Made by a program: the position numbers and the translations under genes. The notes beneath the pieces are model-generated. The model made no database searches, was not told the DNA's origin, and saw only the letters and a program-made list of their open reading frames with translations. DNA of 64,000 nt from Candidatus Woesearchaeota archaeon. GTDB taxonomy: Archaea > Nanobdellota > Nanobdellia > Pacearchaeales > GW2011-AR1. Shown in pieces: positions 1 to 9,986 of the stretch (the first letter of the stretch is position 1; each line of letters begins with the position of its first letter). Location of the stretch: assembly GCA_964448605.1 (NCBI GenBank), contig CAYUZV010000001.1, positions 8,693 through 72,692 on the forward strand, given 5' to 3'.

Positions 1-41
1 TTGAATTGAAGGAAGATTTGAAGAAGGTTTTTTTAGAGTGA
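1..41 (+). CDS. 3' end of an upstream gene (…ELKEDLKKVFLE*)
   Basis: Open frame from the window edge to TGA at 39-41. Confidence 0.5.
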   Translation, partial: ELKEDLKKVFLE

Positions 42-94
42 TGTTTCAAAAACTGAAACAAATTTATATAGGTTGTTTCAACTATTGTAATAAT

Positions 95-1252
95 ATGAAG
101 AGTAAAATTAAGTCATTTGGATTGATTGGAATAGTTTTTTTAGTTTTATTTTTGAATTTAAATCTTGTTTTGAGTGAGGAACAGAGCATTATGTATGATG
201 TTCATCTTCATGTTTTTTATGGGCAGGGATGTTCTCATTGTTCTAAGTTGTTGAGTTTTTTGGATGATATTAGGGATGATTATCCTACTCTTAAGATTTA
301 CGAGCATGAGGTTTATAATGATTTTGAGGGCAGAGAGCTTTTTCAGGAGTTTGTTGATAAATATGGTACTAAAATGAGAGGTGTTCCTACTTGTTTTATT
401 GATGATAAGGTAATTGTTGGTTTCAGTAATAGTATTGGAGATTCTATTGAAGAGGAGATTAGGAGATGTTTGAAGGAGGATTGTGGTAATCCTTTAATTG
501 AGGGCAAGGGTGATGTTGAGGAGATTGAGGGGCATTCTTCGCCCACTTCGAGGAGGGGTTTAGATAAACTTACTATTCCAATTGTTATTGCAGCCGCTGC
601 TGTTGATGCTATTAATCCTTGTGCTTTTGCTGTTTTGATTATTCTTATGACTGCTGCTTTGTCAATTGCAGATAAAAAAAGAGCTTTGAAATTTGGATTA
701 GCTTTTACTGTTTCAATTTATATTTCTTATTTTTTAATGGGGCTTGGTTTATTTTCTGCCTTGCAGGCAACTGGAATAAGTCATACATTTTATATTATTG
801 TTACTGTTATTGCAGTTATTGTTGGATTATTGAATATTAAAGATTATTTTTGGTATGGTAAGGGTTTTTTGATGGAAGTTCCTGTTTCGTGGAGACCTGC
901 AATGAAAAAATTATTAAAAAGTGTTACCTCTCCTCTTGGTGCTTTTTTAATGGGTTTTGTTATTTCGCTTTTTGAACTTCCCTGCACTGGAGGTCCTTAT
1001 ATTGTTATTTTAGGATTATTGGCTAAAGAAGTTACAAGAACTACAGGGATATTTTATTTGCTTCTTTATAATTTAGTTTTTGTAACTCCTTTGATTATTC
1101 TTTCAATTATTATTTATAGAGGATTATCTACAACTGAAAGGCTTGAAAGAATAAGGCAGAGTAAATTGAGATTATTGCATTTAGTTGCAGGTATTTTGAT
1201 GCTATTAATTGCGAGTGTTATGATTTTTTCTTTGATTTACGGATGGGTTTGA
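95..1252 (+). CDS. Glutaredoxin/thioredoxin-like domain fused to a CcdA/DsbD-like membrane domain
   Basis: N-terminal TM, CSHC and GVP motifs, then NPC…ELPC in a multi-TM domain; ATG 95 follows TTTATA. Confidence 0.75.
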   Translation: MKSKIKSFGLIGIVFLVLFLNLNLVLSEEQSIMYDVHLHVFYGQGCSHCSKLLSFLDDIRDDYPTLKIYEHEVYNDFEGRELFQEFVDKYGTKMRGVPTCFIDDKVIVGFSNSIGDSIEEEIRRCLKEDCGNPLIEGKGDVEEIEGHSSPTSRRGLDKLTIPIVIAAAAVDAINPCAFAVLIILMTAALSIADKKRALKFGLAFTVSIYISYFLMGLGLFSALQATGISHTFYIIVTVIAVIVGLLNIKDYFWYGKGFLMEVPVSWRPAMKKLLKSVTSPLGAFLMGFVISLFELPCTGGPYIVILGLLAKEVTRTTGIFYLLLYNLVFVTPLIILSIIIYRGLSTTERLERIRQSKLRLLHLVAGILMLLIASVMIFSLIYGWV

Positions 1253-1309
1253 TTTTTTTAGTTTATTTTGTTTTTGAAAGAATTTATAAATAAATTTATC
1301 TTTGTTTAT

Positions 1310-2530
1310 ATGAAAATGAAAGAGGTTGATAGAAATGAGGCATATGAGAATTCCTTGAAATTGCTTTATAATTGTTCTACTCCGAATGGTTTTGTTGCAT
1401 CTTCAGAGGAGAATTATAATTATAAAAGAGTTTGGGGGAGAGATAGTATGATTTGTTCTTTGGGTGCTTTGATGACTAAGGATAAGAATTTGATTAGTCA
1501 GGTTAAAAAATCTCTTTTAACTTTAATAAAATTTCAGCATAAGCAAGGACAGATTCCGAGTAATGTTGAGGTTTCAACGAAAAAAATTAGTTATGGAATG
1601 AGCACTGGAAGAATTGATGCTACACTTTGGTTTTTGATTGTTTTTTCTCAGTACATTAAAAGAACTTCTGATATTAGTTTTTTGAAAAAGTATTATGAGA
1701 ATATCAAGAGGGCTTTGAGTATTTGTCATTTGTATGAATTTAATGACAGAGGATTTATTTATGTTCCAAAAGGCGGTGATTGGGCAGATGAATATATTCA
1801 GGAAGGTTATGTTCTTTATGACCAGCTTCTTTATTATAAAGCAATAGAGGAGTTTATTTATTTAAGAAAAAAGTTGAATAAAGAAATTAAGGATTATGGG
1901 AAAAGATTGGATAATTTGAAAAATAGGATTTTGGTTAATTTTTGGTTTGATAAGGGTAATAAGAATTCAAGTTATGTTTATCATAGGATTTTGTTTGAAA
2001 GGTATTCTGGAAAAAAGAAATATCAGAAAGATTATTTGCTTCCGTATTTTAATCCGTCTGGTTATGGTTTTCGTTTTGATGGTATGGGAAATTCTCTTGC
2101 ACTTTTGTTTGATATTGTTGGGGATAAAAAGGAGAAAAAGATAAGAGATTATATTCAGAATAATTTTTCAAAATCAAGCAAGTATCTTCTTCCTGCTTTT
2201 TATCCCCCGATAACTTCAAAAGATATTGAGTGGGGAGAGTTGAAGTGCAGTTATTCTTCTAAATTTAAGAACAAGCCAAATCAGTATCATAATGGAGGAC
2301 TTTGGCCTGTTGTTACTGGTTTTTATGTTGCTTCTTTGAAAGATAAGGAGATTGCGGGAAAATATCTTGATGGAATAAATAATGCTAATTTTCCAAATGG
2401 TGAGTTTATTTTTCCTGAATTTATAAATAGCAAAACTTTCAAGTCAGGAGGACATAAAAAAATGGCTTGGTCTGGAGTTGCTTCAATTATTGGATTTAAT
2501 CATCTCAAGGGAAGGAGGGTTTTTGTATGA
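1310..2530 (+). CDS. GH100-like six-hairpin glycosidase (alkaline/neutral invertase-like)
   Basis: NYKRVWGRD, YHNGGLWP and MAWS motifs. Confidence 0.7.
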   Translation: MKMKEVDRNEAYENSLKLLYNCSTPNGFVASSEENYNYKRVWGRDSMICSLGALMTKDKNLISQVKKSLLTLIKFQHKQGQIPSNVEVSTKKISYGMSTGRIDATLWFLIVFSQYIKRTSDISFLKKYYENIKRALSICHLYEFNDRGFIYVPKGGDWADEYIQEGYVLYDQLLYYKAIEEFIYLRKKLNKEIKDYGKRLDNLKNRILVNFWFDKGNKNSSYVYHRILFERYSGKKKYQKDYLLPYFNPSGYGFRFDGMGNSLALLFDIVGDKKEKKIRDYIQNNFSKSSKYLLPAFYPPITSKDIEWGELKCSYSSKFKNKPNQYHNGGLWPVVTGFYVASLKDKEIAGKYLDGINNANFPNGEFIFPEFINSKTFKSGGHKKMAWSGVASIIGFNHLKGRRVFV

Positions 2531-3324
2531 AATTAATTGCAACAGATTTGGACAGGACTTTGATTCCAAATGGAAATTCTAAAGAAGATAAAAATTCTAT
2601 GAATATTTTTAAAAGTTTGTTAAAGAAGAATGGAATTAGTTTGATTTTTATTACAGGAAGACCTAAATATTTGGTTAAAGATGCTATTGAAAGGTATAAA
2701 CTTCCTGAACCGATTTATTGTGTTTCAATGGTTGGGACTGTGATTTATGAGGTTAAGGGAGGAAGGTTTGTTGAGTTAAGGGAATGGGAGGATTATCTTG
2801 AGAGTGAGGTTAAAAATTATAATCAAAATAAGATAAAATCGCTTTTGAAAAAAGAAGGTTTTAAATTGCAATCAAAAAAATATCAGAATTCTTTTAAGTT
2901 AAGTTATTATTTTAAGGATTTTAAGAGGGCGGAGAATGTTAAGAGTTTGCTTAGGAAAAATAAGATTTTTTGCAATGTGGTTTTGAGTCATGATTGCAAG
3001 AGAAATGTTGGTTTGCTTGATGTTCTTCATCCAGGTGCTTCTAAGAAAAAAGCATTTGAATTTTTGTTAGAGAAATTGGATGTTAAAAAAAGTGAAGTTG
3101 TTTATTCAGGTGATTCTGGAAATGATTTGAGTATTTTGAAATCTGGAATCAAAGGTATTTTAGTTAAGAATGCTGAAATCGAGGTTAGGAAGAAAATAAA
3201 GAGTGGTTTGTGCAGGATTTATATTGCAAAAGGGAATTTTAAGGTTCCTGATAGAAATGTAAAATTGAATGGAAATTATGTTTCAGGAATAATTGAGGGT
3301 TGTTATCATTGGAGTATTTTTTAA
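2527..3324 (+). CDS. HAD-IIB phosphatase, sucrose-phosphate-phosphatase-like
   Basis: DLDRT, TGR, GDSGND and NGNY.SGIIEG motifs; ATGA overlap with the upstream gene. Confidence 0.75.
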   Translation: MKLIATDLDRTLIPNGNSKEDKNSMNIFKSLLKKNGISLIFITGRPKYLVKDAIERYKLPEPIYCVSMVGTVIYEVKGGRFVELREWEDYLESEVKNYNQNKIKSLLKKEGFKLQSKKYQNSFKLSYYFKDFKRAENVKSLLRKNKIFCNVVLSHDCKRNVGLLDVLHPGASKKKAFEFLLEKLDVKKSEVVYSGDSGNDLSILKSGIKGILVKNAEIEVRKKIKSGLCRIYIAKGNFKVPDRNVKLNGNYVSGIIEGCYHWSIF

Positions 3325-3405
3325 TTGTTATTTTGAAGGATATTTTTTAATTCTTTAGAAACTCTTTTTGGATTTTTGATTTTTTTGCTATATATTTTTC
3401 TGTAA

Positions 3406-3753
3406 TTATCCATAAAGAATAATACTTATTACCATATAAACATGTAAAATAACCCAGCAGAAATTTGCAAGGATTATTGGTCTGTTTTTAGTGAAAACTC
3501 CCAGAAGAAGCCAAAAGAAAGATATTATTAAATATGATATCCATGTTGTTAATGAAAATCCTGCAACAATATGGGTAGTCCATATTCTGTATATTTGCGG
3601 GAGAGTCATAACAGGCCCTATTATGGCAAAGAAGTAAACAGTTCTTTTTAGAAATTTTGCAATTCTTTTTTGAACTGTATCAGGGAGTGAATCTTTTAAA
3701 TAATAATTCACATATTCATAAAATATTTTTTCTATTTTGTTTTTTATTCTCAT
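3406..3753 (-). CDS. SemiSWEET/PQ-loop sugar transporter
   Basis: LPQ motif, G.SL..W, three TM helices, PI..AN. Confidence 0.7.
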   Translation of the reverse strand: MRIKNKIEKIFYEYVNYYLKDSLPDTVQKRIAKFLKRTVYFFAIIGPVMTLPQIYRIWTTHIVAGFSLTTWISYLIISFFWLLLGVFTKNRPIILANFCWVILHVYMVISIILYG

Positions 3754-3754
3754 T

Positions 3755-4396
3755 TTATTTGTTAAATCTTTTTGATGCTAAAATATAGCCAATAAATCCA
3801 ATGTTTAATGCCATTCCCAATATAGCTTCAATAGTTGCTATTAGCATATTGATTCCAGTTGGTGCAAAGTCTCCATAACCTACTGTTGTAAATGTAATTG
3901 TGCTGAAGTAGATTGTTTCTTTAAATGTTAATGCTGTGGGATTGTCTGACTCTGTAAATAAATTATTGTTTAGGGCATAGGTTCCTGAAAAGAGGAATAT
4001 AATCGTTACTATAAATAAAATATAACTTAAAATAAATGAAATGACATTTTTTGAATTTGATATTCGTTTTGTAGAGGGTATGACTCCTATTGAATAAAGA
4101 GTTATGAATACTCCAATTACTATTATTGTTGTGTTGATTTTTTGTCCAATTGTGAAAAGACGTAATAGTGTGAAAATTATTAATATGCTTAAGGATATGT
4201 AATCTTCAAAACTGGTTCCTTTGTTTTTAAAAATATGGCTTATTTTTATTAGTATAAAAATTGATAAGAGGACAAGGATTGTGAAAGATGGAAAAAATTC
4301 AAAAAATTCTAATGACAAGAGTGATGCAATAAGAAGTATTGCGATTATTATAGCTAAGATAAATTCTATTGAAATTTTTTTCTTTCCTCTTTTCAT
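3755..4396 (-). CDS. Potassium channel protein
   Basis: TTVGYGD selectivity filter. Confidence 0.85.
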   Translation of the reverse strand: MKRGKKKISIEFILAIIIAILLIASLLSLEFFEFFPSFTILVLLSIFILIKISHIFKNKGTSFEDYISLSILIIFTLLRLFTIGQKINTTIIVIGVFITLYSIGVIPSTKRISNSKNVISFILSYILFIVTIIFLFSGTYALNNNLFTESDNPTALTFKETIYFSTITFTTVGYGDFAPTGINMLIATIEAILGMALNIGFIGYILASKRFNK

Positions 4397-4439
4397 TTTA
4401 ATAAATAGTTATTTTAACTTAAAAATGTTTTGAGATTCA

Positions 4440-5696
4440 TTAATTTTTTAGTATATCTCTCAATTTTTTAGAAACTCTTTTTGGATTTTTGTCTTTTGTT
4501 ATTGCTCCTCCAATAGTGATTATGTCTGCATTGTATTCTTGAAGTTTTTTTAATTTTTTTTCATTAATTCCTCCTGCAAGTGCTGTTAAAACTTTTTTTT
4601 CATTGCAGAGTTTTATCATTTTTTTAAGGTTTGAGAATTTGTCTTTTTTCTGAACATCAATTGCAATATGTATGCAAATTATATGAGGAAGATTTTTTAA
4701 TTTGAGTATTTCTTTTAATCTTTTTTCTCTGTCTGATTTTTTTACATCAATTAAATCCACTAATACTTTTTTGTTTTTTTGATTTGCTATTTCAACTGCT
4801 CCTTCAATTGTTTCATCTGCTGAACCTCCTAAAACACTTACAATATCTGCTCCTTCCTTGAATGCTAAATCTGCTTCAAATTTTCCAGTGTCTGCTGTTT
4901 TAATATCTGCCATAATTATCTTTTTATATTTTTGTATTTTTTTTATTATCTTTAATCCATTCTCTTTTATTAGAGGAGTTCCTAATTCAATTATGTCAAT
5001 GTTTTCTGTTGTTTTGTTTATGAGGTTGAGTGCTTTTTTTTCTTGAGCAATATCAACTGCTATTTGGAGAAAACTATTTTTTGGTTTTATGAATGTTTTT
5101 TTAAGTTGTTTGTTGTATCCAACTACAATTAGATTTGGTAATTTAGTGAATAATCCTGAACACCAGTATTTTTCTAATTTGTCCTCTAAATCTTTAGTTT
5201 TTATTTTTTTTGATTTAATCCAGATTTTGTAAAATTCTCCAAAAACTCTGCTTGAATGTTTTATATAAGGTGCTTTTGGTTTTTTTACACTTTTAATCAG
5301 AATTGGATAATCTTTTATATCGTCTATGAATTTTCTTGAATCTGCTAATAGAATTGTTTTTTCTGCCTGATAATCTAATTTTTTTTCTTTTTCAAATGCA
5401 TATCCTCCAAATCCCTTTAAGACATTAAAATTTTTGTCTATTTTATCTGCTCCGTCAAATGAAATATTGGGTTTGTCTTTTTTGGAGATTTTGAGTTTAT
5501 ATTTTTTGCATATTTTTTTTATGTTTTCATTTACTGGAATTATTTTTATTTTGAGATTTTCGAATTTTACTTTTTTTGCTAATTCTTTTATGAAAATTTT
5601 TATTGTGCTTCCTTCTCCAAGTCCAATTGTCATACCGGATTTTACAAAAAACAATGCTTCTTTTGCAACAAGTTTTTTTTCTTTTGTTTTTATCAT
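4440..5696 (-). CDS. Fusion of ribose-5-phosphate isomerase A and a 3-hexulose-6-phosphate synthase (HPS/KGPDC family) domain
   Basis: GLGEGST, DGADK and KGFGG..EK in the N-half; LQIAVD, IELGTPLI, ADIKTADTG and AGGI in the C-half. Confidence 0.8.
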   Translation of the reverse strand: MIKTKEKKLVAKEALFFVKSGMTIGLGEGSTIKIFIKELAKKVKFENLKIKIIPVNENIKKICKKYKLKISKKDKPNISFDGADKIDKNFNVLKGFGGYAFEKEKKLDYQAEKTILLADSRKFIDDIKDYPILIKSVKKPKAPYIKHSSRVFGEFYKIWIKSKKIKTKDLEDKLEKYWCSGLFTKLPNLIVVGYNKQLKKTFIKPKNSFLQIAVDIAQEKKALNLINKTTENIDIIELGTPLIKENGLKIIKKIQKYKKIIMADIKTADTGKFEADLAFKEGADIVSVLGGSADETIEGAVEIANQKNKKVLVDLIDVKKSDREKRLKEILKLKNLPHIICIHIAIDVQKKDKFSNLKKMIKLCNEKKVLTALAGGINEKKLKKLQEYNADIITIGGAITKDKNPKRVSKKLRDILKN

Positions 5697-5709
5697 TTTT
5701 TTCAGAGTA

Positions 5710-5817
5710 TTTTTAGGTTACTTTTTTCCCACTGAATTCGGCTAATGCCGAAAACCCTCCCTACCTTTTACACCTTGTTCACCCTTCGCCCATTGAGTAA
5801 ATTAGGTAACCTAAAAA
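5710..5817. repeat. Intergenic element bounded by a 12-bp inverted repeat, with an internal hairpin
   Basis: TTTTTAGGTTAC 5710-5721 / GTAACCTAAAAA 5806-5817; internal TTCGGC-TAAT-GCCGAA; core shared with 20531-20560. Confidence 0.6.
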
Positions 5818-5820
5818 CAT

Positions 5821-6681
5821 TTATTTTTTTATTTTTTTTACAATTGCATTTGCGCAGTCAATTTTGCCTGCTTTATTTGGAATTGTGTTTGTTGTGATTA
5901 CTTTTCCTATTTTTTTTAATTTAGATAGGGCTCCTTCTGCGAAAAGTCCGTGCATTCCGATGAAATAGATGTTTCCTTTTGTGAGTTTTGATGCTTCAAT
6001 TAAAGTGTGTCCTGATGAAATTATGTCGTCGATAATAACTATGTTTTTGTTTTTTGTTTTTTTCCCTTTTATTTTTACTTTTCTTGAATTGAATCTTTGT
6101 TTTTTTAGAATTTTATGTTCGGCATTTAATTTTTTTGCAACTGGAATAACCCATTGTTCGCTTTCTATATCAGGACCTACAATTACTGGATTTTTTATTT
6201 TTCTCTTTATGTAATTTGCTGTTTCATCTGCTAATGAAATTCTTACTGCATTTGGAAAAAATTCCTTAAAGCTGTGGAGTCTGTGAAGGTGAGGTTCTAC
6301 AATATAGACTTTATTGAAAATTTTGCAAAGGTTTACTAAAATTCTATTTGCTACTGCTTCTCCTTTTTTGAAACTCATGTCTTGTCTTAGATATGCAAAA
6401 TAAGGTGAGATTAAATTTATTTTTTTTGCACCTAAGGATTTTGCAGTATGTGCTGCGAATAAAAGTTCTATTAATTTGTCATTTATGTCCAGATTTTTAT
6501 CCTTGTAGAAACTTTGAACAAAGAAAACTTTTTTGTTTTTTATTTCTGCATTTATTCGAACTTTTATTTCAGTGTCTGGAAATCTCTCTATAATTGTTTC
6601 TCCATAAGATGCTTTTAGTTTTTTTGCAATCTTTTTTCCAAGATGTTTTCCACCTGAACAAGAAATTATCACCTCTTTCAT
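5821..6681 (-). CDS. prs: Ribose-phosphate pyrophosphokinase
   Basis: RFPD.E, YLRQD, GPD.ES, IIDDIISSG.T and HGLF motifs. Confidence 0.9.
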   Translation of the reverse strand: MKEVIISCSGGKHLGKKIAKKLKASYGETIIERFPDTEIKVRINAEIKNKKVFFVQSFYKDKNLDINDKLIELLFAAHTAKSLGAKKINLISPYFAYLRQDMSFKKGEAVANRILVNLCKIFNKVYIVEPHLHRLHSFKEFFPNAVRISLADETANYIKRKIKNPVIVGPDIESEQWVIPVAKKLNAEHKILKKQRFNSRKVKIKGKKTKNKNIVIIDDIISSGHTLIEASKLTKGNIYFIGMHGLFAEGALSKLKKIGKVITTNTIPNKAGKIDCANAIVKKIKK

Positions 6682-6803
6682 TTTTTATTTAAGTAATAAG
6701 GATATAAAAAGTTAATTGAAGGTTTGGTTTTATTGGTGGTTGATTAATTTGAATCGACGATTTAATGGATTTTAGTTTTGAGAGATATAAGAAGGATTAA
6801 TAA

Positions 6804-8684
6804 TCAGTTATCATAAAAAACATCTCTATACAAATTCCAGGTTCTTATGAATTCTGCATGAGGCCAGGCAAGAGGAAGAACTGAATAGGCTAATCCCTTG
6901 GTTTTATAGGGTTCTGATTTTCTTATGTTTTTGAGCATGATTTCTCTGTCTTTTCTCATTATTCCTGCTTTTTTGTATTCACTTACCCATTCTTCAAAAT
7001 CTTCTTTTAGTGCAATGTGTTCTGGAAGCAGATTTTTGTGTGCTTTCTCTATTATCCAATTTAGATAAATCTCTGCTTTTTTCTTGTTTTTTAATTTTAT
7101 GAAATGTCTTGCAATCATTAGTGTGAAATGAGGCCAGGGTCCATAACCTCCATTGTTTCTTCCAATGTATTCTTTGTATCTGCAGATTCCTCCTAACTTA
7201 TCATGCCAAAGTTCCTTAATAATCTCCTTAACAGTTTTCTTCACTTTTGAATTATTATCTCCCAAAACATCAAAATCTGCTATGGCATATGTGCTTGCAT
7301 CAATGTCATCTGCTACTGAACTTGATTCTGCAATTCTTATTGTTTTAACAAAACTATCCTCTCCCCAGAAATATTTTTCTATTGCTTGTTTTATTTTTTT
7401 TGTTGGAAATGTTTTTACTCTTATTTTTTTTAATTCTTCTAATGCACTTAGGCAGACAGAGTTTGACCAAATTTCATATCCTGCTTCATAAGGTGGAAAT
7501 TCGTGTATGCTGTTTGGTGTGTAAAAAAGATTTTTTTCATGGAGTTTTGATTTTAAATATTTTACTGCCTTTTCAATTTTTAATTTATTGAATGCGAGAA
7601 ATTCTTTGTCTTTTGTTTCTTGAATATATTTTGCAAATGCATAAATAGTTAGTCCAGTGTTGTCTATTTGTATTGGTTTGTAACTTTTGTCTTTCGCTTT
7701 TTTGTCCATTCTTTGAGGGAAACTTCCGTTTGAGTTTTGTCCTTTTAAAACAAATTGCAATGCTTTTTTTGCTTCTTTATATAATCCTGCTGAAATTAAA
7801 CCTAATATGCAAATTGCATGGTCACGAGGATAAACATAAGGATACCTGCCTTTTGGAAAACTCGCCAGAATTGCTCCATTTTTTAATTGCATTTTTTTCA
7901 GAACTTCTATGCTTTTCCAATATAATTCATCTCCTTTTTTTAGAAGTTTGTTTTCATAATCCATTAATTCTATTACAATCTTGCTCCATTCATTTGGACT
8001 CTTTATTAAAAATGGTTTTTTTACTTTTTTTAACATGGGTTTATCATTGTCTGAATCTCCTAATGCAATTGTTTCAATTTTTCCATATTTGTTCTTATAA
8101 AATTCTGAGAGGATTTTTACTGCCTTTCCTTTGTTGTTATTTCCTAAGATGTGATAGTATCTTCCACCTTTTGTGTATTTTAGTTTGTGTTTTTTTATTA
8201 ATTGGAAAAGTTGTTTTTCATCTTTTTTATTTTCTAATTCAAATGCTTCGTCATATTCTCTTTTTTTTGCAAGTTTTGCTTGTTTTAAATTTAGTCCTGA
8301 ATTTTTACTTAATTCTTTTGCAGACATTTGTGAGAATCCTCTTAAGGGTATTTTCTTTTTTATTTTTTTTAAAGTTTGCACAAGTTTTGAATATTTTGTT
8401 CCGAGTTCTATTATCTTGTATTTTTTTTTAAGTTTGTTTTTGTTTTCTTCTGCAAAATAATTTTGAGGAATAAAAATTGCTCCTCCGTTTTCAGAGATGA
8501 ATGGGTGATTATTTTTTGTTTTTTTTCTGTAAACTTCAATTTCTGCTCTTGTTTTACTGCTTACGAAAATTAGAGGTATGTTGAAATGCTTTGTTATTTC
8601 AATTCCAGGTTCTGCTTTTTTAAAACTATATTTGTCGTCTAATAATGTTCCGTCTAAATCAGTGAATATCACCTTTTTTTCCAT
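6804..8684 (-). CDS. Fusion of a mannosyl-3-phosphoglycerate-phosphatase-like HAD and a GH15-like glycosidase
   Basis: TDLDGT, SSKT.AE, ENGG and GDS.ND; then Y.Y.YPRD, Q.D..G, LPEH and PL.W.HA.F. Confidence 0.8.
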   Translation of the reverse strand: MEKKVIFTDLDGTLLDDKYSFKKAEPGIEITKHFNIPLIFVSSKTRAEIEVYRKKTKNNHPFISENGGAIFIPQNYFAEENKNKLKKKYKIIELGTKYSKLVQTLKKIKKKIPLRGFSQMSAKELSKNSGLNLKQAKLAKKREYDEAFELENKKDEKQLFQLIKKHKLKYTKGGRYYHILGNNNKGKAVKILSEFYKNKYGKIETIALGDSDNDKPMLKKVKKPFLIKSPNEWSKIVIELMDYENKLLKKGDELYWKSIEVLKKMQLKNGAILASFPKGRYPYVYPRDHAICILGLISAGLYKEAKKALQFVLKGQNSNGSFPQRMDKKAKDKSYKPIQIDNTGLTIYAFAKYIQETKDKEFLAFNKLKIEKAVKYLKSKLHEKNLFYTPNSIHEFPPYEAGYEIWSNSVCLSALEELKKIRVKTFPTKKIKQAIEKYFWGEDSFVKTIRIAESSSVADDIDASTYAIADFDVLGDNNSKVKKTVKEIIKELWHDKLGGICRYKEYIGRNNGGYGPWPHFTLMIARHFIKLKNKKKAEIYLNWIIEKAHKNLLPEHIALKEDFEEWVSEYKKAGIMRKDREIMLKNIRKSEPYKTKGLAYSVLPLAWPHAEFIRTWNLYRDVFYDN

Positions 8685-8724
8685 ATATGGAAATGTTTTT
8701 ATAGTTTAAAATAGTTTGGTTTTT

Positions 8725-9345
8725 ATGAGAGTTGTTTTAATTGGACCTGGTGATATTGATTATCATTATGAAAAGTTGTTGGGTTTTGAAAGGAGAGAAT
8801 TTGATAAAGAGTTGGATGGGATTGCTCAGGGATTAGTTGATTTAGGATGTGAATTAGTTGTGCTTCCAGATAGGGGTGTTTCTTTTGAGATTGCTCAGAA
8901 ATATCGTGAGTTAGGAGGTTCTAAGATTATTGCTTCTGTTCCTAAATCTGATAGGACTTTTGGGATTAAGCATTTGGAGAAGTATATGAATAAGATTAAA
9001 TTTGATGAAGTGATTGATACAGGTGATTGGTATAAGCATGATTTGATTAAGGGGCTTTTGGGTGATGCTGTCTTGTATTTGGGTTCTAGTCCTGGAACAA
9101 ATGGTGAGTTGAATTATGCTGTTTATCTTTATAAGTTGTTGAAAGGCAGAAAAGAAGGTGTTAGTGTTGCTGGTAAGTTTATTCATTCTGAGGTTAGGGC
9201 TGGTGATGATTATAAGATATTTGTTTATTCTTGTTTTTTGAAAGGCAAGAAGTTGGATTTTGAAATTGAAAATTATATTAAGAAGTTTGGAATTGATTTG
9301 GTTTATGTTTCTGATAGTGAGAAATTGAGGGAAGTTTTGAGATGA
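8725..9345 (+). CDS. SLOG/LOG-like Rossmann-fold protein
   Basis: GDAVLYLGSSPGTNGE resembles the LOG PGGxGTxxE motif; G.S.EIA..Y..LGG..I..VP. Confidence 0.5.
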   Translation: MRVVLIGPGDIDYHYEKLLGFERREFDKELDGIAQGLVDLGCELVVLPDRGVSFEIAQKYRELGGSKIIASVPKSDRTFGIKHLEKYMNKIKFDEVIDTGDWYKHDLIKGLLGDAVLYLGSSPGTNGELNYAVYLYKLLKGRKEGVSVAGKFIHSEVRAGDDYKIFVYSCFLKGKKLDFEIENYIKKFGIDLVYVSDSEKLREVLR

Positions 9346-9466
9346 TTTATTGAACTCGCACCTGACTTTGTCTAAGTGCTCTTTTGATTTTATTGTGATG
9401 AATTTAATACAATGGTTAGTTGAGTTTTTAAAGAAAGATTTTAAAATCTGCGAAGTTTATTTATTC

Positions 9467-9598
9467 ATGGAATTAGAAAATCTTGATTGTCCTTGTTCTT
9501 ATGATTGTGAGAGGCATGGAAAATGTTCTGAATGCAAGGAACACCATCATTCAAAAAGTGAGAAGACTTTTTGTGAGAAGATGGATGATAAGAAATAG
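9467..9598 (+). CDS. Small Cys/His-rich metal-binding protein
   Basis: CPC..DC.RHG.C.EC..HH…C. Confidence 0.65.
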   Translation: MELENLDCPCSYDCERHGKCSECKEHHHSKSEKTFCEKMDDKK

Positions 9599-9719
9599 TT
9601 TTATTTACTAATTCATATTTGAATTTTTTAGAATGTTTGTTTTATTTAAAGATATTTTTTCTGTAGTGTCCTAATATTTTTTCCAAAAAATATAAAAAGG
9701 GTTTTTGATTGGTTCTTTC

Positions 9720-9986
9720 ATGGTTAAGGTAAAAAGAGGAATAAATTTTTGGGATGTTCTTGCCTGGATAGTTTTAATTGGGATATTTATTTGGTTGATT
9801 TTGAAGGTTTTTGGGATTATTAATACCCCTGTTCTAATAGAATATGCTCCTTATTTTGGTGCTGTTTATTTGGCTGGTTGGGCTATGCATAAGTTAGAGA
9901 TGGTAAATGAGGATGTTAAAGATTTGAAAAAATTTAGATATGATACTATTACTGAAATTAATAAATTAAAAAGAGGTTTAAAATGA
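9720..9986 (+). CDS. Small 2-TM membrane protein
   Basis: Hydrophobic helices; ATGA overlap with RuBisCO. Confidence 0.6.
   Translation: MVKVKRGINFWDVLAWIVLIGIFIWLILKVFGIINTPVLIEYAPYFGAVYLAGWAMHKLEMVNEDVKDLKKFRYDTITEINKLKRGLK

Noticed and set aside
7673-8431. Long antisense ORF (also 33062, 56299, 56814, 61290 and similar)
   Set aside because: Shadow frames of real genes, F/L/I-rich because of the compositional bias.
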